Translations under genes and position numbers: made by a program
The notes under the pieces: model-generated
What the model saw: only the letters and a program-made list of their open reading frames with translations
Told to the model about the DNA's origin: nothing
Databases searched by the model: none
Shown here: in pieces, positions 8,245-18,496 of the stretch
Numbering within the stretch: the stretch's first letter is position 1
How the letters are laid out: each line of letters opens with the position of its first letter
From: a virus
Virus record (IMG/VR): IMGVR_UViG_3300042197_000370
DNA length: 64,000 nt
Reading direction: 5' to 3' (one strand)

Positions 8245-10764
8245 TTAGTATTGAGTTTCATCCGGTAAAATAGTTTTTCGTGGGAATAAAACATAAAAAT
8301 CTTTGCTGTCCAATGGGTTTGGTACAGGGCTTGCACTAGGTAATCCTGTCCATGCGGGAGGACTAACGTTCTTATCATAGTTATACGTAATGCTCTTATC
8401 TACACTAAATCTATCAATTTGGAAATTTATAGTATTCAACTTGTTCACATTACCTAACACGTTTTTCCAATTAGTTTCTATATTGCTCTTTACGATACTT
8501 GAGAAACCAGGCTTAGTATAGCAAATCACCCAACTAGGAGTAAAGCCTAATGTGTTACCATCAGCCTGCTGACTAGTCATCCATAATGGTAATAATCTAA
8601 AATTGTATTCTTGACCCAACACTTGACCAACACGATTTCTCATGTTTGGTAAACTGTTAGGATATAATATCCTAGCATAGCCCGGTGTTAAACTTGTATA
8701 GAATGTAGGGACACCCTGATAAGTCTCATAACTTGTGTATATATCAGTCACACTTGTATACCAAGGACCTTGATTCAAATCAATAAAACGTGGCCAATAT
8801 ATCTCTTCGCTTACACTCTGTCCTTTTGGATTAACAAGATTGTCAATAACTTTGCTATAAACAACTTCGTAAATAATTTCACCTTGTTCATTTCTAGCAA
8901 TAGCAGTTGCCAATTCTCCCAAAGTGATGTTTCTCCAATAATGATTCTTTGTTACTGATGAAACATATTCATCAAAATTACTTGCGTATATACCATATGC
9001 ATGTACATATGTTACATCTTGTGCTTTTCCAAAATAAGGATCATTTGGTCTATACAAATAATCAGTTGGAATTAATGTATCATTGTTTAACAATGTAGAT
9101 AATAACATTCTGTCCGATATACTAGGAGTACATTTGATGTATAGTGTATCGGTTGGCTGATTAAATTCTTGTGTGACAGTTAATGTAAAAGTCCTAGATG
9201 CATTTACAATTGAGAACTCAGGAGAGTATGCTTGAATAGTAAATGTAAATGTAGTTGATTCATTAGGATTTAAGAATGTACTTGTTGGTTGATATGCAGT
9301 TACACCTGTAATTTCACCGTTACTTAATAATGTAAGATTAGGTGGTAGTGTGCCTGATATTAATCTATAAGATAAACTTAGATCGGATGTTGCAACAACG
9401 CTCTTATTACTAATTGTTCCGTTGTATATTTGTCCTAAGTCGCTAGGAGTTATCCATTCTACTCTACCTATAACATCGTTAGATAATCTAAATGAGAATC
9501 TAAAATAAGGAGTTGATATAGATGGATTGCTTGCTTTTCTAGCGGCAACACTAAATGTATATTCACTAATGTTATCAGGTGCTATTACTGGAGTACCTGT
9601 TATCCAGCCTGTTCCTGAATCACCTGTTAATCCTAATGGTAAATCAGCAAACACGTATTCTAATGGACTATTATCAAAATCATATCCTAAAATTCTAAAA
9701 CTAAAATAGTTATCACTATCTAATTGACCTATGTAAGCATACTGTAATGGTGTATAGGTGTAACCATTACCATCTGGCGGCAACACATAGTATCCATAAT
9801 CTTGCTGGTCTTCTGTAATATTAAAAGTTTGTGGTCTAGTATTGTATACAGTTGGTATTCTATTGTTAGGAGGGTTACCAGGTCCACCTTGACTAATTGG
9901 AGTGTTTTGGTTTACTACGGTAATGTAGTAAGAACGTAAGTCACCGCCTAAAGGACTTTCTAACTTCAATGTAAAACTGTATGTTTTAATAGTAGGTTGA
10001 CCAATTGAAATCGTAGTCAGTGTTGCGGTCATTGAACCAACATTATCAAAGAGTGGAACAACAGGACCGCCAATAGTATTAGAGACTGTAAACTTACTTT
10101 CATCGATAATAGATTGTATATAATATGTTTCATTTGCGGTTAGTCCACCAAAACTTGTACCTGTAAATATTACTGGTCTACCTATTCTAAATCCGGTAGT
10201 GCTAAGACAAGTTATTGCATTGTTAGAAGCAGTAGTTGCACTAATAGTAGTAATAACAGTTGGCAAGTTAACATCAATGAATGGAGGTTCTGCATACCCT
10301 CTTATAAGACCATCGGCATTAATTTCTAAGCCAGGTGGCATTTCACCTTGAACCACTCTAATAAGTATAGGATTAGATGGAATAGGATTATTATATGCAA
10401 TGGGTAATTCAACCCAAGTACTGTCAGGAGTATTTAAAATACTACCAGCCAATGTAGTAAATTGCGGTACAGCAGAACCAGAAATACTCATTGAAAATGT
10501 TCTGTCTCTTATATTTGCATAGTTGTCTGTTGCTCTTACAACAAATGAATATGTTAAGTTATCAACTGTTTCTAATGACGGTGTACCTACTATCAATCCA
10601 TCTTCATCCATAGACACACCGTTTGGTAGTCTACCACTTATGATAGCATATGTTACACTAACTGCTGGCAATACCGCAGACGCACTTAATTGAAACGCCA
10701 TTGATATTAATGACGGATAGGTGCCTATTGATCCTGCTGAAGTATTCCATACTGGCTGTGCCAT
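8245..10764 (-). CDS. Baseplate wedge-like protein with Ig/cadherin-like (He_PIG-type) repeats
   Basis: Repeated LP(P/N)GL..G.I.G.P motifs (LPNGVSMDEDGLIVGTP, LPLGLTGDSGTGWITGTP, LPPNLTLLSNGEITG); position in the baseplate cluster. Confidence 0.7.
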   Translation of the reverse strand: MAQPVWNTSAGSIGTYPSLISMAFQLSASAVLPAVSVTYAIISGRLPNGVSMDEDGLIVGTPSLETVDNLTYSFVVRATDNYANIRDRTFSMSISGSAVPQFTTLAGSILNTPDSTWVELPIAYNNPIPSNPILIRVVQGEMPPGLEINADGLIRGYAEPPFIDVNLPTVITTISATTASNNAITCLSTTGFRIGRPVIFTGTSFGGLTANETYYIQSIIDESKFTVSNTIGGPVVPLFDNVGSMTATLTTISIGQPTIKTYSFTLKLESPLGGDLRSYYITVVNQNTPISQGGPGNPPNNRIPTVYNTRPQTFNITEDQQDYGYYVLPPDGNGYTYTPLQYAYIGQLDSDNYFSFRILGYDFDNSPLEYVFADLPLGLTGDSGTGWITGTPVIAPDNISEYTFSVAARKASNPSISTPYFRFSFRLSNDVIGRVEWITPSDLGQIYNGTISNKSVVATSDLSLSYRLISGTLPPNLTLLSNGEITGVTAYQPTSTFLNPNESTTFTFTIQAYSPEFSIVNASRTFTLTVTQEFNQPTDTLYIKCTPSISDRMLLSTLLNNDTLIPTDYLYRPNDPYFGKAQDVTYVHAYGIYASNFDEYVSSVTKNHYWRNITLGELATAIARNEQGEIIYEVVYSKVIDNLVNPKGQSVSEEIYWPRFIDLNQGPWYTSVTDIYTSYETYQGVPTFYTSLTPGYARILYPNSLPNMRNRVGQVLGQEYNFRLLPLWMTSQQADGNTLGFTPSWVICYTKPGFSSIVKSNIETNWKNVLGNVNKLNTINFQIDRFSVDKSITYNYDKNVSPPAWTGLPSASPVPNPLDSKDFYVLFPRKTILPDETQY

Positions 10765-10765
10765 A

Positions 10766-11389
10766 TTATTCCTTAAACGCTTCTAGCGCAATTTCGTAGT
10801 GATGCTTTCTATCTGCTAACCCAATAGTACCACCATTGATACGTCTGGTTAATCCCACAAAGTCATCTTTGTCACAATAGATGTTTAACTTGTTTACGTC
10901 CCAAAACCATCCTGCACTTGCTACTGCTCCTGCTGGTGTTTCTAAATAGGCTACAACTTCATCTAATGTCATATCAGATGCTTTAGCAAAACGTGTATAG
11001 TTATCACGACCTGTCAATTGAATTAACCCTCTACCTCTGAATTTGAAACCGTCACCTGATGCCTCATCACCATTCTTCATTCGATTAGCATAAACACGAT
11101 TTGCAATTTTCTCAGGTTGACGTTCATATTGTTTAGCGATTTCTTCGTTAGGAAAATACTTCTTAAAAGTATTCACTAATCCTTTAGCACCATAATTTAA
11201 ATTTTCTTTTACTGCGGTAAATCCACCACTCTCATGTGCGGTTTGTGCTAAGAATGCCGCAATACGTTTTGGGTTCTCAAACAAATCATAATGTTTGCCC
11301 ACTTCGTTGAATGAATCTACGTATGGTACTAAAACACTTTGTTTTGTTTTAGGGCATATCTTTTGTAAAAGTTCTAATGTAACAAACAT
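10766..11389 (-). CDS. Glycoside hydrolase family 19 lysozyme/endolysin
   Basis: RIAAFLAQTAHESGGF, FRGRGLIQLTGRDNY, TRRINGG. Confidence 0.93.
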   Translation of the reverse strand: MFVTLELLQKICPKTKQSVLVPYVDSFNEVGKHYDLFENPKRIAAFLAQTAHESGGFTAVKENLNYGAKGLVNTFKKYFPNEEIAKQYERQPEKIANRVYANRMKNGDEASGDGFKFRGRGLIQLTGRDNYTRFAKASDMTLDEVVAYLETPAGAVASAGWFWDVNKLNIYCDKDDFVGLTRRINGGTIGLADRKHHYEIALEAFKE

Positions 11390-11398
11390 TCTTTATCC

Positions 11399-14300
11399 TC
11401 ATGCATATGTTGCGCCAACTGTGTACCACTGAGTAGTAGTTGGTGCTATAAATTGTATTGTACCACCTGCTTGCTGTGTATATCCTGCATTGGCTGCAAG
11501 ACTGTTTATTGCGCCACCTGATGCTGGATAAACAAGCAGACTGTTTGCTGATGTGTTAGTAATTGTTACTACCATACCTGCTACTGCTGTTGGTAATACA
11601 ACACCTTGTCCACTTGATACGGTAGACACTATGTTCATCTCTTTGGTTATTGCCGTTGCAGTGCCTTGAGTTGATCCGGCTGCACTAATACCAGTACCAA
11701 CAGAACGAATATGATATGCTGTTGCAATTACATTTGCGCCACTAATATTACCGCTAGATGTTAAACTTGTTAATGTACCAACACTTGTAATATTGGGCTG
11801 TGCGGCTGTTGTTACTGTACCTGCAGTTGTTGCACTTGTTGCACTTGTTGCACTTGGAACCGTTCCGATTACATTAGCACCCGGAATAGATGTTAGACCA
11901 TTTGCATTACCAGTAAACACCCCTGTATTAGCAGTTATGTTTACACCGGTAATTGTTCCATTAACGCCTAAACCTGTTAATGTGCCCACTGATGTAATAT
12001 TAGGTTGTGCGGCTGTTGTTACAGTACCAGCAGTTGTTGCGCTAGTGGCTGCACCACTTAATGCACCGACGAATGTTGTTGCTGTAATAGAACCGTTGGC
12101 TGCGTTTGCGGCAAATACTGTATTACCAGATAGTGCTACGTTGCCAGTAACAACGTTACCCATCATTAGATAATATGTACCAGTACTTACTGTAGACACA
12201 CCATTAAAGTCACTAACATTTGCATATGAAACGTTTAAGTTAGCAACACGTGTAGTACTTGTTACTGTTATAGGAGCAGTACCGGTTGACACATTACTTG
12301 TCAATGTACTTGCTACAACTCCTGTAGTTGAATTTAAATTGCCGGCTGATACGTTTCCTGAAACGTTCAATGAACTTAATGTACCGACACTAGTGATATT
12401 TGGCTGGGCAGCAGTTGTTACAGTACCGGCTGTGGCTGCACTACCACTTACTGAACCAGTAATAGTAGCACTAACTGTTAAGCCGGTGAGTGTGCCAACA
12501 CTCGTAATATTAGGTTGAGCCGCAGTAGTTACTGTGCCGGCTGTTGTTGCGCTACCGGCGCTTGTTGCAAAGGTTGCGTTTGCTACTGTGCCAGTTACGT
12601 TTGCACCTGTTATTGCTGATAGTGCAGAGCCATTGCCACTAAAGAAGTTTGCACTTACTAAGTTACCACCTGCAATATTACCTGCGTTAATGTTACCATT
12701 AACAATTAATGATGTTAATGAACCAACACTTGTAATATTTGGTTGACTGTTATCTGTAACATGTCCTGCTAGTGTTGCACTATTTGCCGCACCGTATAAC
12801 GTACCAGTAAAGAAGTTAGCAACTACGCTATTACCTAAGTTTGCATTACCTGCACTTACGTTGCCTGTTATTGCTAGACTTGTTAATGTGCCTACCGATG
12901 TAATGTTTGGTTGTGCCGCAGTATAAACTGTACCGGCAACAACTGCGTTGTTTACTTGACTACTTACATTAGCACCATTAATGTTAGTTATATTATAACC
13001 ATTACCTGATATGTTACCGGTGTTAATATTACCACTGACAATCAAATTACCTAATGTGCCAACAGTCGTAATATTTGGTTGACTTGCTGTTGTTAATGTA
13101 CCTGTAATAAAGTTAGCACTTACAAGATTACCACCTGTTAAACTACCTGACCCAACTAATGTGACGTTATCAACTGTCAATGTGTTTGTTGAATCATTAT
13201 ATGCAAATGCAGCCTCACCAGTGTATACTGTTGAACTGTTATATTGAACTGCTCCATTTGGTCCGCCTGGTGGAGTACCTGCAAATGCTGTGAAACTTAG
13301 TCCACCGCTACCATTTGTAGTAAGAACTGTATTACTTGAACCACCTGTAATTCTTAAATTGCTTACAGAACCTAAACTTACATTGGCAGTATTTACAAAG
13401 TTAACTGTTGCTGATGTGTTGTTTACAGTCAGTCCACCAAAAACAGACAATAAATTACTTGTCTTATTAAATGTTAATCCTGATGTGCCACCAATTGATC
13501 CTGCATCATTAAACTGAACATCAGTATTACTGCCGGCTGCGGCTGCTGTGTCTGCGCCCCATGCTAAATTACCTGCACCGTCTGTTTTAATTGTATAACC
13601 AGATGTACCACCTGGTATTCTAAAGTTAGCAAGATTACTAATATATATGTTAGCACCAGTGAAACTTGCATTACCGGACACATCTAATACAGTTAGTGTA
13701 CCGACACTCGTTATATTTGACTGGCTTGCGGTTGTGACAGTACCCGCAGTATTTGCACTGCCGGCGCTTACTGCATATGTTGCATTTGCTACGGTACCAG
13801 TTACGTTGGCGCCTGCTAAACTTGTAAGTCCTGCACCATTGCCGGTAAAGACACCGGTGTTCGCATTAACGTTTGCGGCTGTGATTGTTCCATTAACACC
13901 TAAGCCAGTTAATGTGCCTAAACTTGTAACATTTGGTTGACTTGCTGTTGATAATGAACCTGCTAGTGTTGCACCGGTAACTGTACCAGTTGCAGTTAAA
14001 TTTCCTGTAGTTAATGTGTTTATATCTGTGCGATATGTTAAATCAACATCGGCTCTGACTGTTTGACCTGTTGTTCTATTTTCTACAAATGTGGGATAGA
14101 AAGTAGTAGTTAATCCATTAGTATTTAAAATATCAACAGTGTTTGCTACTGTTGCATTTGTAGCATTAGCAACTGTACCGGTTACATTAGCACCTGCTAT
14201 GTTTGTTAAGTTAGCACCACTACCAATAAAATAGTTCGCTACTACTGCATTACCTAAATTTGCATTGCCTGCGCTTATATTACCAGTTACGTTAGCAGTT

Positions 14301-16132
14301 CCAGTTATATTTGCACCAGTAGATGTAACTGTTAATACATTACTTGTACCAGCAACAGATATAGTCACGTTACTATTGGCATCTACAACAACATTACTAT
14401 TACCATTAACAATTGATGCGCCATTGGCTGTGTTAGAACCTGTAACAATTAATTGACCTCCTTGAGGATTGGTCAATATTAACGCTGAAGAGTTTGCTTG
14501 TAATGTGGCAGCACCTAAATAAATTGTGCTATTTGCTAAGTAAATGTCTCTAAATCTATTAGTGTTATTACCTAAATCATATGTAATATTTGCGTTAGGT
14601 GTAATATGACCACCAACAGTTAATCCAGTTAATGTGCCGACACTAGTAATGTTAGGCTGTGCATTTACGGTTACAGTGTTTGCGGTATCTGTGCTTACTG
14701 CATAAGTTGCATTTGCTACAGTACCAGTTACGTTAGCACCTGCAAGATTTGTTAGTCCCGAACCATTACCTGTAAAGACACCTGTATTTGCAGTAACGTT
14801 TGGCGCAGTAATGTTTCCACTTACGTTAAGACTTGTTAATGTACCAACACTTGTAATATTTGGTTGAGAATTTGTTGTCAATGAGCCTGCTAATAATGAG
14901 CCTTGAACAAGACCTGCGTTTGCATAAACGTTTCCAGCCGTTACATTACCGGTTGTCGCTAATGAAGTTAATGTACCAACACTTGTAATGTTGGGTTGTG
15001 CATTTGTTGTTAATGTACCTGTAATGTAATTTGCAGTAACTAAGTTACCTAAATTAGCATTGCCAGATGTAATATTTCCCGTAACATCTAAACTTGTTAA
15101 TGTGCCTAAACTTGTAATATTAGATTGTGCAGCCACAGTAACATTACCAGCATATGCCGCAAAGTTAGCATTAGCCGTAGTACCGGTTATGTTAGCACCT
15201 GGTATATTTGATAAGTTTGCACCACTACCAATAAAGTAATTCGCTACTACTGCATTACCTAAATTAGCATTACCACCTGTTATGTTACCTGTAACATCTA
15301 AACTTGTTAGTGTACCGACGCTAGTAATATTTGGTTGACCATTAGTAGTTAATGTGCCGGTTAATAAACTTGCACCAATTGTGCCGCTATTTGCATACAC
15401 ATTACCAGCAGTCACATTACTTGTGAATACCCCTGCTGCCGCTCCAATGTTCCCAATATTAGCATTACCTGTTACACTTAATGCGCCACCGGTTGTTAAA
15501 TTACCACCTGTAATGTTGCTTGTAGCAGTTATACTACCGCTTGTTGATAAATTACCAACTGTAGCAGTACCCTGTACTCCTAATGTTCCTGTAATATTTG
15601 CATTGATTGATACTGATAAATTACCTGCACTACTCAAATTACCTGCTGATAAATTGGCAGTTATAGTTGCATCGTTAGAGTTTAAATTACCTACATTAGC
15701 ATTATTAGTTACGAATAAGTTGTTAGATGATGTTAGAGCAATATTGGCATTGACATAGTTTGCAGTTAATGTTCCGTCGATAGTGATATCAGTAACGTTA
15801 GCAATACTTGTCGGTAAATCTATGGTGAGTACATCGCTTGAATTTGTTAGTGAAGCATATGTAGCAACGTTATTACCTACTCCGATACCAATGCCTAATG
15901 TACTAGTTTGTACTTGTACGCAAGCAATGTTGGCTGTAACAATAACGTTACCAGTTGGACTGTTTACAGTAATACCCGCGCCGGGAGTTTTATTAATAGA
16001 AGAAACTGCCTGATTACCCAAACCAGCAAATACTTCTGTAAAGTTTTCCTGTACTTTTTGAAACGCGGTTCTTATCGCATCTGCGCTTGGATCATCAGGG
16101 AAAGAACCAAAGTCAATATTTCGTTGTGCCAT
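11399..16132 (-). CDS. Long tail fibre/baseplate-attached fibre (1577 aa)
   Basis: N-terminal gp9/gp10-like anchor (PDDPSADAIRTAFQKVQENF); 14 QPNITSVGTL-type repeats. Confidence 0.85.
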   Translation of the reverse strand: MAQRNIDFGSFPDDPSADAIRTAFQKVQENFTEVFAGLGNQAVSSINKTPGAGITVNSPTGNVIVTANIACVQVQTSTLGIGIGVGNNVATYASLTNSSDVLTIDLPTSIANVTDITIDGTLTANYVNANIALTSSNNLFVTNNANVGNLNSNDATITANLSAGNLSSAGNLSVSINANITGTLGVQGTATVGNLSTSGSITATSNITGGNLTTGGALSVTGNANIGNIGAAAGVFTSNVTAGNVYANSGTIGASLLTGTLTTNGQPNITSVGTLTSLDVTGNITGGNANLGNAVVANYFIGSGANLSNIPGANITGTTANANFAAYAGNVTVAAQSNITSLGTLTSLDVTGNITSGNANLGNLVTANYITGTLTTNAQPNITSVGTLTSLATTGNVTAGNVYANAGLVQGSLLAGSLTTNSQPNITSVGTLTSLNVSGNITAPNVTANTGVFTGNGSGLTNLAGANVTGTVANATYAVSTDTANTVTVNAQPNITSVGTLTGLTVGGHITPNANITYDLGNNTNRFRDIYLANSTIYLGAATLQANSSALILTNPQGGQLIVTGSNTANGASIVNGNSNVVVDANSNVTISVAGTSNVLTVTSTGANITGTANVTGNISAGNANLGNAVVANYFIGSGANLTNIAGANVTGTVANATNATVANTVDILNTNGLTTTFYPTFVENRTTGQTVRADVDLTYRTDINTLTTGNLTATGTVTGATLAGSLSTASQPNVTSLGTLTGLGVNGTITAANVNANTGVFTGNGAGLTSLAGANVTGTVANATYAVSAGSANTAGTVTTASQSNITSVGTLTVLDVSGNASFTGANIYISNLANFRIPGGTSGYTIKTDGAGNLAWGADTAAAAGSNTDVQFNDAGSIGGTSGLTFNKTSNLLSVFGGLTVNNTSATVNFVNTANVSLGSVSNLRITGGSSNTVLTTNGSGGLSFTAFAGTPPGGPNGAVQYNSSTVYTGEAAFAYNDSTNTLTVDNVTLVGSGSLTGGNLVSANFITGTLTTASQPNITTVGTLGNLIVSGNINTGNISGNGYNITNINGANVSSQVNNAVVAGTVYTAAQPNITSVGTLTSLAITGNVSAGNANLGNSVVANFFTGTLYGAANSATLAGHVTDNSQPNITSVGSLTSLIVNGNINAGNIAGGNLVSANFFSGNGSALSAITGANVTGTVANATFATSAGSATTAGTVTTAAQPNITSVGTLTGLTVSATITGSVSGSAATAGTVTTAAQPNITSVGTLSSLNVSGNVSAGNLNSTTGVVASTLTSNVSTGTAPITVTSTTRVANLNVSYANVSDFNGVSTVSTGTYYLMMGNVVTGNVALSGNTVFAANAANGSITATTFVGALSGAATSATTAGTVTTAAQPNITSVGTLTGLGVNGTITGVNITANTGVFTGNANGLTSIPGANVIGTVPSATSATSATTAGTVTTAAQPNITSVGTLTSLTSSGNISGANVIATAYHIRSVGTGISAAGSTQGTATAITKEMNIVSTVSSGQGVVLPTAVAGMVVTITNTSANSLLVYPASGGAINSLAANAGYTQQAGGTIQFIAPTTTQWYTVGATYA
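11760..15350 (-). repeat. 14 dispersed coding repeats Q(P/S)N(I/V)T(S/T)(V/L)G(T/S)L
   Basis: Counted in the translation; DNA copies are diverged at synonymous sites. Confidence 0.9.
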
Positions 16133-16183
16133 GTCTAATCACCTTATTTTGTATTTATCGTATTTTTCATAAAGGCGTTAGCC

Positions 16184-16211
16184 AAAAAAATACCCGAGTT
16201 TCCTCGGGTAT
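16184..16211 (-). terminator. Intrinsic terminator
   Basis: TACCCGAG-gaaa-CTCGGGTA followed by T7 on the minus strand. Confidence 0.85.
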
Positions 16212-16232
16212 CTGAAAGGGTATAAAATGAAG

Positions 16233-18479
16233 TTATTTTATACCACTAAGTGCTTTCCATTCATCTAACGGATCAGCACCCTCTTTTATATTGGTTCGAG
16301 CCTCATCACCTGCAAGAACAGGAACTGTCTGTTGGCCAGTAGATTTCTTCTTGTTTAATCCACTTGATATGACATTCATCATAAAATCAATGTCTGCTTC
16401 GAATGTCTCTTCTCTAAACTCATCAAGCGACTGACCTGCATCATTTGCCCATTCATTTACAGTGGTTGTCTTATTTTGCTGGGCTCCGGCTGCTAAAGCC
16501 TTATCTTCTTCTGCTTCAGCATTCTCGTCTGCTGTAGTTTCTGCGGCACCACTATCTGGTGGATTTGCTTCTGCGACTTCACGCTTAGGAACCGTGCCTG
16601 CCAACTTTTGAAGTTCTTCCATGTCTGTTTCTGCAACTTGTTCAAGTCTTTGGTCATCTGTTTCTACTTCATCGACCATTTCTGCGCTTTCATCACATTC
16701 GCAGTCAGCACTTCCACATGCTTCGCATGGCTCATCATGACCATGATCTTCGTGTCCTTCTTTAGAACCCTCTTCACTTTCGTAATCATGGACTTCTGAA
16801 CCCTGCTCCATGCCGGCTATTTTCTTCATCAAGCCCATCATACCGTCATGATCACCAACAACTTTGATACCACCGTGATCTATACTTGAATCACCTTCGG
16901 GTGCGCCATAATTGCTTGCAGGACCACCGTCACCAAACAAACCTAAACCGGCTTGTTTAATGAAACTCAATAGTTGCTCTGCTTCACCATCTTGTGCTGA
17001 TACACTAACAGTGTCAGGCATACCTTGCTGACCCTTGCTAATAGATACGCTCATTCCTTCAGTAACTTCTTCACTCTCTGTTAAGAGTGCGTTAAGTTGA
17101 TTATCAAGTGCTTCAAATGCAAATGCACCCTCTTCTTCTAATGAACTAGTATCTGTAAATGTCTTACCACCTACAGTAAACTTTTCACCCTTTTCTGCTT
17201 TTGCTAATGCACCAGTAAATGCATTGCCTTCTTCCATGTCTGCTTCCATAGCAGGTTGTGCGGCTGCTTGCTGAGCCATACCACCTGTTGTTGCTGGTGG
17301 AGTTGCTGGTGCGCCAGGTACCCCTGTCTCACCTACTAAGCCCTGTACAGGCATAACACCGTAGCACTCATCAAGACCTTCTTTGAAGCCCTCATGATAG
17401 CAACGTGCTTCATCCATATCTTCGTAACGGCAATTGTAACCCTCTTTAGCGAGAGCGTGTGCCTTACCTAAAAGTCTTGCGGCTGTATGTTTATGCATGC
17501 TTTCGTTTACCTTCTTTTTCTTTTTATCGTCAGCAGCCTTTTTCATTGTTTCTTTCTTATTGCCATCTTTATCTAAATCGATATAATCTGGCTTTGCTGC
17601 CTCTTCTACTTTTTCCATGTCCTTAGTAACTTTCTTACCCATCTTTTCAGCCTTATGATCTTTCTTCATGGCTTTCTTATCTTCTTTGGCTTCGAAAGTT
17701 GATTGACTACGACCAGCACCTAAACCTGCTCCCATATCAACTTGGTCGCTAGGAATATCTGCTTCTTTCAGTTTACCTAATGTCTTAGCAAGTTGTGCTT
17801 GCTTTTCTGTCTTAGCAGGAAACTTATCTTTGTTTGCTAATACTTTGCTTGCAAATGCTGAAGTTGACATACCATGTGACTTTGCTTTCTTAGTGAAAGC
17901 ACCTGGATGCTTAACTGCTTTTTGAATCCACTTATCGCCACCTTCTTCTGCCATCTCTTCTTTACCAGTCATTGTGACTTCGCCTTTTGCTACTGAACCT
18001 TGCAATGCTTTAATTTTGTCAGCAGGACCTGTTGCTACAACCTTATTGCTTGCAGGGTCAACTAATTGAGTTGCACCTGGTAATGGCTTGACAGCAAGAG
18101 TTTGACCAGGAGCCGTAGCCTCTTCAATCATCTTCTTATCCATCATTTCAAACCAATCTTTGAGTGTGTGCTTCTTACCAGGAAGTTTATCAAGTTCTTT
18201 ACTCTTCTTTGGCTTATTACCAATCATAAAGTCTTGTAACTTCTTAGCGTTATCATATTTCTTAACTTCACCTGAATCATCTGCACCTTTCTTAGGACGA
18301 CCGCGACCTCGCTTTGCTGCTGGCTCTTTCTTATCGTCTTTCTTTTCTTCACCTTCTTCATCGGTATCGTACTTACGGCCATAACCACCTGGGTCAGCCT
18401 TGTGTACACGACCTTTATCAGTCTCTTTAGTTGCTTCTGAAAGAAGGCTTAGTTTCTCTAACATGTCTTTGAAATTCAT
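16233..18479 (-). CDS. K/E/D-rich internal head (scaffold-like) polyprotein
   Basis: Low complexity; many hydrophobic-x-E sites; AT-hook KRGRGRPKK; DLDKDG motif. Confidence 0.65.
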   Translation of the reverse strand: MNFKDMLEKLSLLSEATKETDKGRVHKADPGGYGRKYDTDEEGEEKKDDKKEPAAKRGRGRPKKGADDSGEVKKYDNAKKLQDFMIGNKPKKSKELDKLPGKKHTLKDWFEMMDKKMIEEATAPGQTLAVKPLPGATQLVDPASNKVVATGPADKIKALQGSVAKGEVTMTGKEEMAEEGGDKWIQKAVKHPGAFTKKAKSHGMSTSAFASKVLANKDKFPAKTEKQAQLAKTLGKLKEADIPSDQVDMGAGLGAGRSQSTFEAKEDKKAMKKDHKAEKMGKKVTKDMEKVEEAAKPDYIDLDKDGNKKETMKKAADDKKKKKVNESMHKHTAARLLGKAHALAKEGYNCRYEDMDEARCYHEGFKEGLDECYGVMPVQGLVGETGVPGAPATPPATTGGMAQQAAAQPAMEADMEEGNAFTGALAKAEKGEKFTVGGKTFTDTSSLEEEGAFAFEALDNQLNALLTESEEVTEGMSVSISKGQQGMPDTVSVSAQDGEAEQLLSFIKQAGLGLFGDGGPASNYGAPEGDSSIDHGGIKVVGDHDGMMGLMKKIAGMEQGSEVHDYESEEGSKEGHEDHGHDEPCEACGSADCECDESAEMVDEVETDDQRLEQVAETDMEELQKLAGTVPKREVAEANPPDSGAAETTADENAEAEEDKALAAGAQQNKTTTVNEWANDAGQSLDEFREETFEADIDFMMNVISSGLNKKKSTGQQTVPVLAGDEARTNIKEGADPLDEWKALSGIK

Positions 18480-18496
18480 TTTGTTGGTCCTCTAAA

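Noticed and set aside
11399-16132. CRISPR-like array suggested by recurring DNA repeats
   Set aside because: Repeats are in-frame coding units that vary at synonymous sites and have irregular spacing.
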